DNA of 64,000 bases from Eledone cirrhosa (taxonomy: Eukaryota): the NCBI GenBank assembly GCA_964016885.1, contig OZ024742.1:26908001-26972000 (forward strand). Reading direction: 5' to 3'. How positions within the stretch are numbered: the stretch's first letter is position 1; each line of letters opens with the position of its first letter. The notes under the pieces were generated by a model. The model was not told the origin of the DNA. It did not search any database and saw nothing but the letters and a program-made list of their open reading frames with translations. This document shows positions 13,230-29,423 of the stretch, in pieces. Made by a program: the position numbers and the translations under genes.

Positions 13230-13900
13230 TTTTGCAATACACTGTATGCTTAATTTAAAGCATTTTGAAGACATTACGCTATTGTTTTAAAGTCGTTTCC
13301 TTGCTGATGATATTAGGTCCATTTGCTAGAATTGTCCGGTCTATGCTAAATGGGAAATCTCAGTTTTGTTACATTATCTTCTCCCATTAACGCTCAGGGT
13401 GGTTTCTGGTGGATTTTCTATGGCAACATTTGCATACCTACTTATTTTTTTATTGGTTCAATCTGCCATTTTGATTCTTATCTACATTATGTTATAATAT
13501 AGGACAGCCGGAAATACGAAGGTTTAATATTTCATCGGTTTGGTAGCAAAAGCTGCATTTGATATCTATAAAATTTTTTTAAATATGTACTTGGTCATTT
13601 CCGAGGATTGAGCTTTGTTTTTCATTGTACCATGAATCATTTTGTCTCAGGTTTCTTTCCTGAACTCATCTGCTATTTATGTTCTGGTTTAGCTCAGGGG
13701 TTTCGCCTCGAGGTACATACTAACCATGTATTTTCTTTATTCCCGCCTGAAACTTTTACCTTGTTTCGTGATAGATTTCTCACATTTTGCATCGAGTTCC
13801 AACTTGATAAAATTTAAGTTGGTTCGATTCTTAGAATAATTTGCAACATCCGATGTTCTGTGGGTGTAGTTATTCCAACATATCCCTGTTTATAACATTT
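13230..13900 (-). mobile_element. Decayed 3' part of an R4/Dong-type (restriction-like endonuclease) LINE
   Basis: Minus strand gives KCSFCYQTDEIL..ISGCPIL and L*DFPFSIDRTILANGPNII, matching the CCHC + WDF..TDR....RPDI signature. Confidence 0.65.
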
Positions 13901-14142
13901 ACTACCCCATTATCCTATCGTTATTTTCATTATTATTATTATTGAAGGGAGATGGATTTGTGATATATGTAGACCGTTGGAAAAGAAACTTTGTGAGTTC
14001 AAATCCAACCAAGAATAATTAGCATTTCATCCTTACAAGGCTTATCCTCGTGCAGTTACAGCGTAACAACCAGGTATAAGCACTGTATCTTCTGCACATA
14101 TATATATATATATACACACACACATATATATATATAGGAAAA

Positions 14143-14269
14143 TAATTGTTTCTAGATTTGGCACAAGGCCAGCAATTACCCAGTACATTACTGGTACTTT
14201 ATTTTATCGACCCCGTAAGGATGAAAGGCAAAGTTAACCTCGGCGGGATTTGAACTCAGACTGTAAAGG
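14143..14269 (-). mobile_element. tRNA-derived SINE family 1, 5'-truncated
   Basis: Reverse complement of GAGTTCAAATCCCGCCGAGGTTAACTTTGCCTTTCATCCTTACGGGGTCGATAAAATAAAAGTACCAG. Confidence 0.85.
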
Positions 14270-14520
14270 AAAATAATGATATCTAAAATGCAACTGGAGT
14301 CTTTTTAAGAATATTTATTTGTTTCCTTTACCGGTTTCACAGAGAGAAAAACCACAAATACTCCATTTCAATTCTACTTTTGTGAAACCGGTAAAGGAAA
14401 CAAATAAATATTCTTAAAAAGATTCCAGTTGCATTTTCGATTTTATCCTTTTTCCTTATACTTTCACTCGTGTAGGACATCTCGTTTTCTTTTAATAAAA
14501 AAAAACCCCTCATTTTGTTA
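14270..14520 (+). mobile_element. Fold-back element family B, copy 1
   Basis: Inverted arm 14285-14341 pairs with ~14382-14438. Tail CTTTCACTCGTGTAGGACA is shared with copies at 29418 and 36765. Confidence 0.8.
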
Positions 14521-14715
14521 TATATGTAAGTGCAATCTGAGTTATTCGGATATTAATAATAACTCGTTTGCAATTATGCAAACAGCCTCTTTTTTAAAGC
14601 CATGTCAGTAGAATGAGCCCGTCATTCATGCTCTTGTGTTGGCATGTAAACAGAACTGCAGACACTAAGGTTTCTGGGTATTACCCTTTATTGGATATTA
14701 TTACCACTAATGATA

Positions 14716-14940
14716 TGGCGGTGGATTAGCAGTATCGGTAGAGGGTCGGACGCCATGCTTTCCAGCATAGTTACGTCCCTTTACGATCTGAGTTCAAATC
14801 CCGCCGAGGTTGACTTTGCCTTTCACCCTTACGGGGTCGATAAAATAAAGTAATTGCTGGCCTTGTGCCTAAAGTAGAAACCATTCTTACCAGTAATGAA
14901 CTGGATAATTGCTGGCCTTGTGCCAAAAGTAGAAACAATT
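14716..14940 (+). mobile_element. tRNA-derived SINE family 1 (Meta/MESC-like central domain) with duplicated 3' end
   Basis: A-box-like TAGCAGTATCGG, B-box GAGTTCAAATCC, central GACTTTGCCTTTCACCCTTACGGGGTCGATAAAAT. Confidence 0.85.
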
Positions 14941-15002
14941 ATTAATATTCGAAACACTCAGATTACATTTATTGTTCACAACCATTTAGAACGATAATTG
15001 TT

Positions 15003-15075
<73 letters not shown>

Positions 15076-15332
15076 AAATTTATTAACAAATACGGACCCC
15101 GTCTAAACACTTCTCCCTAAGACGAACCCACAACATACACACGTTAACATACATACCTACATCAGCATACATCTCTACCCACATATAAACACAATGACAT
15201 ACGTAAACACACATGTTCTATGGTGCAACACAAGTATACACAAATTTGCATACCTTTTGATGTCTATAGATATAAACGCGCCGACACACACACATACATA
15301 AACGCACACATGCATTGCACACTGGTGGGCAC

Positions 15333-15537
15333 ATACATATTTGTGCACAGGTATTCCAATACGGCAAGGCCTAATGAATTCCCCTTGCAGTACGTACAAT
15401 CAGGACACACTCCAGATACATATTTTTGCACAGGTATACAATTTCTGGACACACTTCAGATACATATTTGTGCACAGGTATTCCAATACGGCAAGGCCTA
15501 ATGGATCCCCCTTGCAGTACGTACAATCTGGACACAC
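15333..15537. repeat. Direct tandem duplication (~80-bp core, period ~127)
   Basis: ATACATATTTGTGCACAGGTATTCCAATACGGCAAGGCCTAATG occurs twice. Confidence 0.85.
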
Positions 15538-15768
15538 TCACACACACCTTGGTATTATGCCAATACTATATATCGTTTCACACCTTTTATTGTTAAGGTT
15601 TTTGATGTTCTATTGAGAGAATCGTTTTTTCTGAAAATATCGAATAATGTACACCATTTTACCAGTAATAAATACTGGTCCACCCACACACGCACACATT
15701 CTCACACACACACATACACACATATATATATACACACACATACACACGCGTACATTAACATACAAAGA

Positions 15769-15819
<51 letters not shown>

Positions 15820-15927
15820 CTCCGTATAAGACAAGAGCTTAAAAAATATCTTTTAACATGTTAAAATATCCCCCACACATTTACAGACACATTCCTACTG
15901 ACCATCCCTCTACCACGAATTACTCTG

Positions 15928-15982
<55 letters not shown>

Positions 15983-16113
15983 TCTTAATAGGCATTTCAA
16001 CTGTCAACAGGCTGCGGTTCGCACACACATCTCTGAGCAAAACTGATTTTAATACCGCTGGAGCCACTTTTTTAACATAAAAACAGCTAGAATTCCCAAA
16101 ACTAATCAGATCA

Positions 16114-16288
16114 GAGCAAACATCACGGATGCTCTATCTCAAAATTATTTTTGAAAAGCATTAGAAATGCGCAACCGGTAAAAACCAAAACTCAATACTA
16201 ACCAATACTATTACTAATTCTCACTTATTCCTAATTAAACTATTTTTCACTGTGAACAATTTGTCAGCATTTTTTATTCCGTTTACCA
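16114..16288 (+). mobile_element. Short element family E, copy 1, with a degenerate hammerhead-like core, abutting (TA)n
   Basis: Reverse-complement homologue at 25205-25386. TTGAAAA-GCATT-AGA-AATGC-GCAA-CCGG-TA at 16151-16180. Confidence 0.6.
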
Positions 16289-16312
16289 ATATATATATAT
16301 ATATATATATAT

Positions 16313-16726
16313 GTAGGAGGTGAGTTTTATTGTAGTACAATAAAGCAATGCAGATATCGGATAAGAAGCACTCTACAGTTTGTAGGACTGGAGTATAAGT
16401 AATATAAGATCAAAAGATGGTTAAAGGAGTTCCATGTATTTTATTATGCGCATTTCAAAAACAAACATCATCATGCAATAATATTTGTGTTTTCATCAGA
16501 TAAAACAGGAGAACATGATATGAAGGCTAAAAAACACTTGTGGATAGTGCAGTTTTAAATCAACATATGTTGATTTAAAACTGCACTATCCACAAGTGTT
16601 TTTTAGCCTTCATATCATGTTCTCCTGTTTTATCTGATGAAAACACAAATATTATTGCATGATGATGTTTGTTTTTGAAATGCGCATAATAAAATACATG
16701 GAACTCCTTTAACCATCTTTTGATCT

Positions 16727-16733
<7 letters not shown>
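16313..16733 (-). mobile_element. Fold-back element family C: 334-bp spacerless palindrome (16400-16733) plus unique tail, in (TA)n
   Basis: Centre CAACAT|ATGTTG at 16566/16567. I saw no mismatch between the 167-bp arms. Confidence 0.9.
16626..16696 (+). ncRNA. Minimal type-I hammerhead ribozyme (mirror copy on minus at 16437-16507)
   Basis: Stem I TGTTTTAT/ATAAAATA, CTGATGA 16634-16640, long imperfect stem II, GAAA 16677-16680, palindromic stem III ATGCGCAT, predicted AUA cleavage after 16688. Confidence 0.8.
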
Positions 16734-16772
<39 letters not shown>

Positions 16773-16790
16773 TTATATATATATATATAT

Positions 16791-16841
<51 letters not shown>

Positions 16842-16843
<2 letters not shown>

Positions 16844-17035
16844 ACGGAGGAGTTGTGGTAAGGAACCATATGGACCATAACGCACCAGAGTACTCAATAC
16901 TTAGGGTAGTAGAGTGGGTAATAGGAGAAAGTATGACACCGAGGCAGAGCTGAAGCCGTTTCGACGGGTATTTCTGGACAGAAATAGCCGTCGAAACGGC
17001 TTGAGCTCTGCCGTCGGGGTCATACTTTCTCCTAT
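16842..17035 (-). mobile_element. Fold-back element family D, copy 1, in (TA)n
   Basis: Arms 16921-16976 and 16979-17035. Contains the hammerhead 3' half GAAACGGC..GCCGTC. Homologues at 30156, 53756, 57428 and 57522. Confidence 0.8.
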
Positions 17036-17098
17036 ATATATATATATATATATAAAATTATCTGAGTTTTTCGAATATTAATAATAATATATATAATA

Positions 17099-17500
<402 letters not shown>

Positions 17501-17579
17501 GACAATACCCGTGCATACAAACAAACAGAGATATAAATACATACCTACCTATCTTCATACATACCTACATACATACTTA

Positions 17580-17647
<68 letters not shown>

Positions 17648-18303
17648 CATAGCTATCTACCTACCTACATACATACATAGATATATACATACATACCTAT
17701 CTGCATACATAATTACATATATATAATATATATACATGCATAGCTACCTACCTACCCACACACATACATATATACAGACGAACCGATACCTTATAAATTC
17801 TTCACATGTATTGTGTAGATAGATAACATTTAACCGTTTTGCTTTAATATGGTGTTATTTAGATAAAAAATGTTATATATTATGTTAGTCGCTCATCACA
17901 TGTTAGTGAACCTGTGTACACACTGAAGAATGTAGTCACTATACTGCTTATTGCTGCAGACAACCAGCTCACTTGTCGCGTTAACTAAACATCAATCTTA
18001 TTTCACTTTGCAACCATTTTTTATTTTGGCGTCAAATTTTTCGTTTTGCTTTCGTTCTTATTTTGTGATCTTATTTTCCATTTAGTTTTTGCGTGCGTTT
18101 TCGGTGTTAATATTAAAAGAACATTTCATGCTGTTGTTTTTGATACTACTAATGCTGCTACTACTACTACAACTGCTACTACTAATACTACAACTACTAT
18201 TACTACTACTGCTGCTGTTGCCACTACTACTACTCTACTAATATTACTACGGCTGCTCCTGCGCGTCGTGGCAACAAAGCCACGATCCGGTCTTTGGTGC
18301 AAG

Positions 18304-18795
18304 GAGGCTCTTGCACCCTCCTCCCCTATCCGCTAATCCCACACAGTCCCAGCGTGTATCTAAGATCCCGTTCCAGTCGCCCACTAACACTAAAGAGCGC
18401 GACGTTCCAAGAAAGTTCTCCAGACGCCGGAAGAAATAACACCGCCCTGCTCCTGTCGGGGCATAGACGGCCACTAGCCTGAAAGCTTGCCCGTCTCCGC
18501 TGGTCACGTCCAGCACCACCAACTTACCTTCTGGGTCCAGGAAGATGGCCCGTATGGCGAGATCCAAACCTCTCCGAAAAAGCACAGCAACTCCTCCCCC
18601 CGATCCCGGACGGCTGGGAGATGCGTACACATCGTAGCCGCCGAAGATCGGTGCGAAGGCTCGTGCTTCGGAGATTCTGGTCTCGCTGATGGCAACTACA
18701 TCTATGTTTAGTTACCTGAGGCGGTTGAGCAGGTGGCCCTGCTTCCATGACGACCCCAAGCCACGCGCATTTATGCTGCCTATTCTGAGTCAGGT
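18304..18795 (-). pseudogene. Truncated APE endonuclease of the second LINE
   Basis: YASPSRPGSGGGVAVL..FRLVAVYAP..LVGDWN, with an upstream in-frame stop. Confidence 0.85.
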
Positions 18796-18832
18796 CGTGT
18801 TGAAATGGAGTGGAAAAGATGGGAAAGACCAT

Positions 18833-20202
18833 TTACCTTACTTCTCGTAGAGGAAGGACGGTTTGTCCATCCTTTTCACTGCTTGTGGCCTCCTCCGGAA
18901 GGATGTCCTTATAAATCCTCCTGGAGAGTGTTTGTCGGAAGTCTCCGATGTCTTTGGGGAATTTTTGTTTTAGTGTCGTGTACGTTTTCTGTGTGATGCG
19001 AGTGATTTGTATGTGTGGAGGTGGTGTGAACTTTTGGGTTGTTGTGTAGTCTTTTTCTGTGATGCTGGTGTTGTGTTGGATGTAGTGTAATAATTGGTTG
19101 TTGTTCAAATTTAATGCTGTGTAGTGTGTATCGTTTTGGTTGTTTTTTTTTTTTTGCGTTTGTTGTGGGTTTGTTTCTGTTTCGCTTTTTGGTGACTTTT
19201 GTGGTGTTAGTGATGGTGGTGTAGGGGTTAATGATGGTGATGGTGTTGGTGTTTGTGGTGATGGGGTTGGTAATGCTGGTGTGGATGGTGGCATATCTGT
19301 CCTAACTTTTTTGTTTGATATTTTATTTGTTTCCCTCTGTATTTTGTTTTTGGAGGGGGAAGAGAATTTTTTCTTTTTTGGTTTCTTTTTTTCATTTTTC
19401 CTGATACCGTTTCCCACTTCTCGTCGTCACAATCTGTCTCCAGTTGTGATAGGCCAGGGAGTGGAAAATCCTCCACAGGCGTTAGTTTTGGTTGTGGCGT
19501 GGTGAATGGTGTAGGCGCTGGTGCTAGTTCTGGCGCGTTGGGTGGTGGTGGTGTTGGTTTTGCTACTGTTGCTGGGGTTGTTGCTGTTAAAGTTGCTTCT
19601 GTTGTTGCTGCTACACTTGTTGCTGCCATCTCTGCTGCTGGTGTTGTTGATGGTTGAGTCACTGGGGTGGGTAAGAGAGGTGGCCTCAACCTTTTAGCCG
19701 GAGGGCAGAAAGCTCTTATGTGGGTTTCTTCACCACAAACGACACACCTAGGCCTTCTGCCCTCGACGATTACGGTGAGGTGGCTGCCGTCAGTGAGGTC
19801 TATTACCTCTGGGATCTCCTCAATGCTTTTTTGGTCCGCTTGGATCAGGAGCTCCATTCCAGATCCGGACCAGTTCTCCTGCTTTTCTTTCGCTATTTCG
19901 ATTATCTTGGTGTTGGCTTCGATGTCGGCGAGAACGGCAGCTATTAGCCAGGGAGTTTCGATGGCCGGTGGAACGTGGGCCAGCCTGATCTTTCCGAGTC
20001 TCTGGCCACAATACCTTGGGACGAGTGTGAAGTCGTCACTTCTGAATGGGGCCATGGAGTGTTCTCTAGATTTTTGGATTTGGGACTCGGATGCCCGTTC
20101 CACTCGGCGCGATTTTATGTTAATTCTTCTATAAGACACGGTGTATAGGCGCCGATGCTCCATTTTATTAGGTCGGTGGGGTGAGGCTGACCCTGTACCC
20201 AT
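18833..20202 (-). pseudogene. ORF1 of the second LINE (frameshift near 19430, internal deletion)
   Basis: Track ORFs 19228-20202 and 18833-19417 align with the N- and C-terminal parts of the first ORF1. Confidence 0.85.
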
Positions 20203-20610
20203 CTTTCTTTACCATTTGTTTGGCTTCTTCTAATTCCTCCTGAGTTACCTGAAACAAATTTAAAATATTGCTACTGCTTATATTTTAGTGTTAGCAAACG
20301 TAGTAATATTTACAATGGTGGTGTCGGTGTGAGGTGTTAGTTTGTGAGGAAGGCTCTCAGCTGCTTGGTATAGAGGTGAGTCAGCCATGATTTTTTCAAA
20401 GAAATTTTTTGATAATCATAAAAGTTTAAATTTTGGGCACAAGGCCCCAATCCTTTTGACTGTCCTTTTCAGAAAACAATGTATGTTCACTTATATACAG
20501 TTAACAATAAAAATGTTCCATAAATGGCAATTTTAAACAACTGAAAATAACAAACCTTTGCGGAGCTCACGATGATACGATTTACTACGTAGGTCGCCAA
20601 TAATAATAAT

Positions 20611-20797
20611 AATTGTTTCTACGTTAGACACAAGACCAGCAATAACCCAGTGCATTACTGGTACTTTATTTTATCGACCCTGTAAGGATGAAAGGCAAAG
20701 TCAACCTCGGCGGGATTTGAACTCAGATCGTAAAGGGACGTAACTATGCTGGAAAGCATGGCGTCCGACCCTCTACCGATACTGCCAATCCACCGCC
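20611..20797 (-). mobile_element. tRNA-derived SINE family 1, full length
   Basis: A box, B box, central domain and (AAT)n tail. Confidence 0.9.
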
Positions 20798-20949
20798 AAT
20801 AATAATAATAATAATAATAACAATAATAATAATCATATTGGCGATAATGATGGTGATGTGGATGATATTTCTAGCTGTGTGGATGATATTTCTAGCTTGG
20901 AAGTTTTGTTTTCTACATTCACTCAACTAATCCGATTAAATCCTATTAA

Positions 20950-23900
20950 ACAACATTAGAATTTATTATTATTATTGTTGTTTTTGTTTTTGTTTTGTCT
21001 ATACTTTTGTGCGAGTTTCTACTACATCACCTTTTGCACCTCCATGTTCCTGAGATATATATAGCAATATGGAGGCTGGGAGAGTATAGACTGTAATCAC
21101 TAGTAAACTGCACCAGTATTATTTTTGTTATGGAGTTTACCATGCATAGTTTCTTGTCTTATCTTAGTGTTTGTACGGTTATGTATGCTATGTGTAATAT
21201 GAGTTGTGTTATTCTATTGGGTGTTATTCTTGAATGATATCATTTGAATGTATTTTGTTGTTTTATCTTATTTTAACAAGGTATGTGTTTTGTAGGAACA
21301 CTGTCTTATTTGCGCTGTGCTATTGAATCGATAATGTCTTGCGCGAGATGTGTGATGTACCTACTACAGCTAATATTTGTATAGTGTGTAGCTTTCTGAG
21401 ACAATGCATGGCTTCTAAATTTTATAATTTGTTTTTTTATTATACTCAGTACACCATTTATATCTCACATCTGTATTTCAATTTCATTGTACTTGTATTT
21501 TGACAGTTTTTCTTCTTTTTTCAAGCAATATTTTAATGAGAAGGCATTGCGATGTCTACCAGTTTTGGCATATTTCCCAGCAGATATAGCTTCTAAATCA
21601 TATAATACTTGTGTAAATATTCAGATATAACAAGTTCTGGGCAGACAGAGGTGAAGCTTTTGAACAGATCATTGTGTTGAATGCCAATTTCGCATTTGCT
21701 ATTAGGGTCCATTTTTGCGTATTTTGGGCTCATAGTTGTTCTTTGGTCGGGGATTGGTCTTATGTTGCGAGAGCCAGTCGTTCTATTTCTGCTTTTAGTC
21801 CGGAATTTCTGAGCCGTTATTGATTTTCAGTTTTGCTTACATCTTATCTGCCAAGCCGTGCGTGGTATTGATTTGGCTATGTATTCATTGTTCCATATCT
21901 CCTTTAGGATATTTTGTAATTCCATTTCCATGGTTTTTGTGTCTGTTTCATACTTTATTCTTTCGTTTATATAAATAAAAGTTACAATTATTATCAATAT
22001 TACTGTTGTTGTTCTTACTGATGTTACAGGTATTCTGGTATCGCTCAAGGTCCAGCTGAGTATTATATTACTTAGTGATTTGACTTTCATCTCATCATTT
22101 CAGTTGTAGAAATAAATTACGACGTCACTTGTGCCAAGCTGTATCGGCCATTACCGTTCCCTTGGACAACATCGGTGGTGTGGAGAGAGAAGGCTGGTAT
22201 GCATGGGCGACTGCTGGTCTTCCACAAACAAATCTTGTCCAGGTTTCTGCCTCGGAAGGAAACTTTCTAGGTGCAAAACTATGGTCACTCAATATTACTG
22301 TTGTTGATCTTGTTGTTATTCCCTATGAACGGCCTACCTTCACTGAACTCTGCGCAGCAGGTATTTTGTTTAAGGATTATCTCCTGAAATGAAAATTATC
22401 GGCATATTTAAATCTTTACACCATTATATTCACAAGTTGAAAGTTTTATCTTTATACATTTTAATATGTTTAAGCATTTTTGACATATAGATATTTACAA
22501 TATATACACGCCTTACCAGATCTCTAAATCGGATGTAATACTATGAGTTCTATGGCATAGTGGTGTTATCAATGACGCAAACAACCATGCCCATATTTAT
22601 TTTCAAACGCAATTTTAAAAATTCCACACAAACGGGTGTGGTTTCAACGTAAACATATCGTTCTCCAAATGCAAATTCTACCATGCATGATAGTATATTA
22701 ATTTCTTACTAACACTGGGCAGCTAGAAACAATAAAGTTACTTGTTGCTTGTCCACCTCAATATAATCTGTCGTTATTCTATTCTGCTCCATTAGGTAAC
22801 TTTGGAAATTTCTGATGAGAAAGTTTTGATTATGAGCTGCAAATAGGAGTCCAACAGACACTGATTTTAGTCCAGTGCTTCTTTTCCGGTTTGTGAAATG
22901 TGTTTGTCTATTTCAAGCCCATTCAGCTTTATCGAACAGTGGCCATATAAGGGTTTTTCTGGCCAACATTTTAGTAAGGCATGTCGAAGGTCTGTTTTAC
23001 ATCTATATATCTCGCTGACAACTTTTGTTGTTTTTAGGTTTCATTCTCATTCTAACTGTGTATCAATACACCTGATTTGAATTTGTTGACTTTCCTAAAG
23101 ACAGAAAATAAAGTTTGTTCTGTTTATGCATCGTAGTTGTTTTTATTAACTATATATTATTCTTCATTGAGTACTATCTTAGTCCACCAATGGATATTTT
23201 AAGATAGTGGTCTAGTTGCATACGTTTACCATTCTTTTCTCATCCTGGTAGATATTATCATTTCACAAATAATTTGGTGTGGTGTATTGTAAATACAATA
23301 ATTACTATCTTGGTATTTCTCGCTAGTTCTGTTAGTTCAGAATATTAATGCTGTAATGTGTTACTCGAATCTCTAATCTATTGATGCCTCTTATCTTATT
23401 CTTTACAAGTAATACTGCCTCTCGTAATTTAATACGCCTACATTATTCTTTTCTAAACTTGTCCTTCGTGTTTGTGTTTTGCACTCTCTTTAGTCCATTG
23501 ATTCCTAAGTATTTGTATATCATTGTTTGATCAAATTCTTGCAACTCAATGTACTCTTTCGTTAGAGTAATGCTGCTGTTTTTATTTAGTTTGATAAGGG
23601 TTGCCTTGGTGCATTTTTATATTCCCCATTTCAGATATAAATTTTCTGTAAATCTGTAGTTTTTACGCAGCAATACTTCCAATTACCTCTCGTATGTCGT
23701 TTATGACTTGGGATAGTTCATATAGAAGAAAAAAGTTGATTTGTTGTCGCAGAATTCTTATCCAAGTCGAGTCCTGTTTAACATCTCAGTTAATAGTGAT
23801 ATTGTTATGCAAGAGACGAGTGCTGAGAAGGAATGCCTCGAAATATTCCATTGTTAATTGGGATGGTTTCTATATCTGACATATTCGTCTGTATCTGAAG

Positions 23901-24380
23901 AACTCTTCACGAGGTAAATTGATGCATATTGTTGTTGGTGCTACATTGTTCATGGTTAGTGTCTACAGTATCAATATATTGGGAACACTGTTACAGGTAT
24001 TCTGCTATCAATCAATGCCAAGCTAAGTATTTCTGACTGATTTCTCCTTCGTGATCAGTCATTCATCTCAATAGCCAGATGAATCTTTACAACATCATTT
24101 CTGCTCTTCTAGAAATAGATTTTTTTCCGAGGATTTTAGCCAGTGTCTGCAATATTAAAGATTTTGCAAATCATAGGAAGAAATGTTCTGCGACTGTGAT
24201 CTTTTGGCTTGTGGGCGTTGGAGTGGCTGTTTCTTCTTGTTCTTAGGAGGCGAGGTTGGTTTATCCTTAAGGCAACAGTCGTTCGTTATTTCTGAATCTG
24301 TCAGTATATGAAAATGTTGTGAGTATTCCTCCTCGTTTCCTAGTTAGATATTGAAACCAAACGTTTTGGTATCTTGTCAT
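20950..24380 (-). mobile_element. Old, heavily decayed R4/Dong-type LINE (RT to RLE region)
   Basis: Minus-strand remnants NDKIP..WFQYL (~24370), KCTKATLIK (~23605), IYKYLGI (~23510), KCEIG..TSVCPELVISEYLH (~21650). Confidence 0.65.
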
Positions 24381-24409
24381 TTACTACTACTACTATTATT
24401 ATTATTATA

Positions 24410-24625
24410 AAGGGCACTGGATTGGCAGTATCACTTGGGTGTCAGACAACATGCGTTGCGACATAGAGTTCTGGCCCTTTTATGTTCTTAGTCAAATCGG
24501 GTCGAGCGTACCTTTGCATTTCTTCTGGCGTCAAAAAATAAGGCACCAGTAATGCACTGGACTCGATTTCATAGACTTTCCCCTCCCACCAAAATTGTTG
24601 GCCTTCTTCCTACATCAGAAATCAT
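24410..24625 (+). mobile_element. tRNA-derived SINE family 1, diverged long variant
   Basis: GGATTGGCAGTATC..CTTTGCATTTC..ACCAGTAATGCACTGG..TTGTTGGCCTT. Confidence 0.7.
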
Positions 24626-25170
24626 TATTATTGTTAATATTATTATTATTATTATTTGTTACTTTAATCCTTTTTTTGTTTTGGAATTTTCAGTGTGTTT
24701 CTAAACTTAATCGCTTTACATACATTTAATTGGATTTTTTTTTTTTATGTATCAGTTTATATAATCTAGCTCTTGTCATCTTATTGAATTACTTTTCGTT
24801 GCTGTTTGTTTAATCTTTTTTAATGTTTTCGCGCCATTTTTTTTCATTTCTATTTCATAAACAAAGATTGCACTCACTGTAATAATTTTCGAAGATATTA
24901 TCACTTAATATACCAATATTCTTATTAACATATTTTATTTCGTTTCAGCTGTAATATAGTAAACATACAAAACAATATCTGATGCTCTATATTTGAACAT
25001 TTTGTTTAAGATTTTCTTCGAAATTGGGGCAACAAGAACTCTAGAAAGGTAGAAATAATGAAAGTATGAGAACTAGAGACAGGCAGCTAGAGAAATTGAA
25101 TAACATATCTTTAGACTCTACATGGTGTATGTGTGCACATTATATAAATAGGTATATATATATATATATA

Positions 25171-25203
<33 letters not shown>

Positions 25204-25204
25204 T

Positions 25205-25386
25205 AGTAAAAGGAAAAGAAATTGGTGACAAATTTTTCCCAGTGAAAAATAGTTTAATTATGAATAAGTATAAATTAGTAATAAGTATTGGTTAGTATTC
25301 AGTTTTAGTTTTAAGTTCTTACCGCTCGCGCATTTCTAATGATTTTCAAAAATAATTTTGAGATAGAGCGCTCGTGATGTTTGCTC
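25205..25386 (-). mobile_element. Short element family E, copy 2
   Basis: Reverse complement of 16114-16288, flanked by (TA)n. Confidence 0.65.
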
Positions 25387-25425
25387 ATATATATTTATAT
25401 ATATAAGTATAAGTATGTATGTACG

Positions 25426-25491
<66 letters not shown>

Positions 25492-25527
25492 AATGAAAAA
25501 CGGCGTGCTGTGTTTTTGCAAATGTGA

Positions 25528-25914
25528 TATATAAATTAAAATGAAGAATTAGGATTAGAAGCCAGGACTATCCATCATTAGTGGTCTACTAGATATCATA
25601 GGTATTTCTTCGCATTAAAGACCAGACACCTTAGGCTAGCGCGAACAATATCTAAAATAAGTTATTGGGATAAAAAGTTGGATGGATAAAGGAAGACATG
25701 TAAACAAACACGATTGGTCAGAGTTGCCTTACCACTCGTGTTTGTTTACATATCTCTCTTTCTCCATACAATTCTTTTTATCCCAATAACTTATTTTAGT
25801 TATTGTTCGCGCTAGCCTGATGTATATGGTCTCTAATGCGAAGAAATACCTATGATGGCTAGGAGACCACTGATGATGAATAGGCTTGGCTTCTATTTCT
25901 AATTCTTCATTTTC

Positions 25915-25922
<8 letters not shown>
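25528..25922. mobile_element. Diverged symmetric fold-back element F (~190-bp arms), MITE-like or PLE-derived
   Basis: For example GCTAGCGCGAACAATA/TATTGTTCGCGCTAGC and TAAAATAAGTTATTGGGATAAAAAG/CTTTTTATCCCAATAACTTATTTTA. Confidence 0.8.
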
Positions 25923-25958
<36 letters not shown>

Positions 25959-26153
25959 AAATATAAACAATGAATTATATAGTTTGTTGATTATTTTTCA
26001 AACTGAATTAATTTTATAGCAGATTTGCAACACTCTACAGTATTTATCTAGAGTATTATTAATATTAACAGTATTAATAAATGGAACATAACTTTATAAT
26101 ACCATATTTTTTGTTTTATCATACGTATTCCAAGGACACTTCAGATAAAATAT

Positions 26154-26337
26154 AATTGTTTCTACTTTTGGCACAAGGCCATCAATTTTCCAGTACATTA
26201 CTGGTATTTATATTATCGACACCGTAAGGATGAAAGGCAAAGTAACCTCGGCGGGATTTGAACTCAGACCGTAAAGGGACGTAACTATGCTGAAGAGCAT
26301 GGCGTCCAACCCTCTACCAATACTGCCAATCCATCGC
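26154..26337 (-). mobile_element. tRNA-derived SINE family 1
   Basis: Full consensus on the minus strand. Confidence 0.9.
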
Positions 26338-26429
26338 TCATCAGATAAAATATAATATTTGGTGTTAAAATATTCATATACCTTAGCGCAAACTTACTAG
26401 CATAAGCCCAATAGCGGGCTGATACAAGT

Positions 26430-28898
<2,469 letters not shown>

Positions 28899-29353
28899 TC
28901 AATTTTCATTATAGAGATATGTGAAGCATTTGTCAAGTATGCTATCTAGGTTATTTAAGAAAAGCATGTTTATCCATATTATTATTGATATTTGTTTTAG
29001 TGTTAATATTAGGATTTCCATTAATCTTCTGTTTCTTAATTTGGTAAACATGGACACATAACTCACATATATTTACACACAAAAGTAAACACCCATCAAT
29101 AGAGATAGATAGATGGGTATATACATTAATATACTATCATATATATACACACACATACACATATATATATATATATATATTTATATATATCTATATACGT
29201 ATATATATATATATGTATATATATTTATTTATATATATATATATATGTGTAGATATATACGCATATGCATATGGGTGAATGTTATGTAAATATATATATA
29301 TACACACACACCTAGAAATATATAATGGTATATATATATATATATATTTACTA

Positions 29354-29417
<64 letters not shown>

Positions 29418-29423
<6 letters not shown>

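Larger units (their letters stand above)
18250..20598 (-). mobile_element. Second L1/Tx1-like LINE of a different family: 5' UTR, ORF1 and endonuclease start only
   Basis: ORF1 has VIVEGRRPRCVVCGEETHIRAFCP. Endonuclease motifs LRIGSINARGL, ISETRI, VAVYAP, LVGDWN are homologous to the 7088-12907 element. Confidence 0.9.

Noticed and set aside
14716-14800. tRNA genes at SINE heads
   Set aside because: A and B boxes are present but no cloverleaf, and they run into the SINE body.
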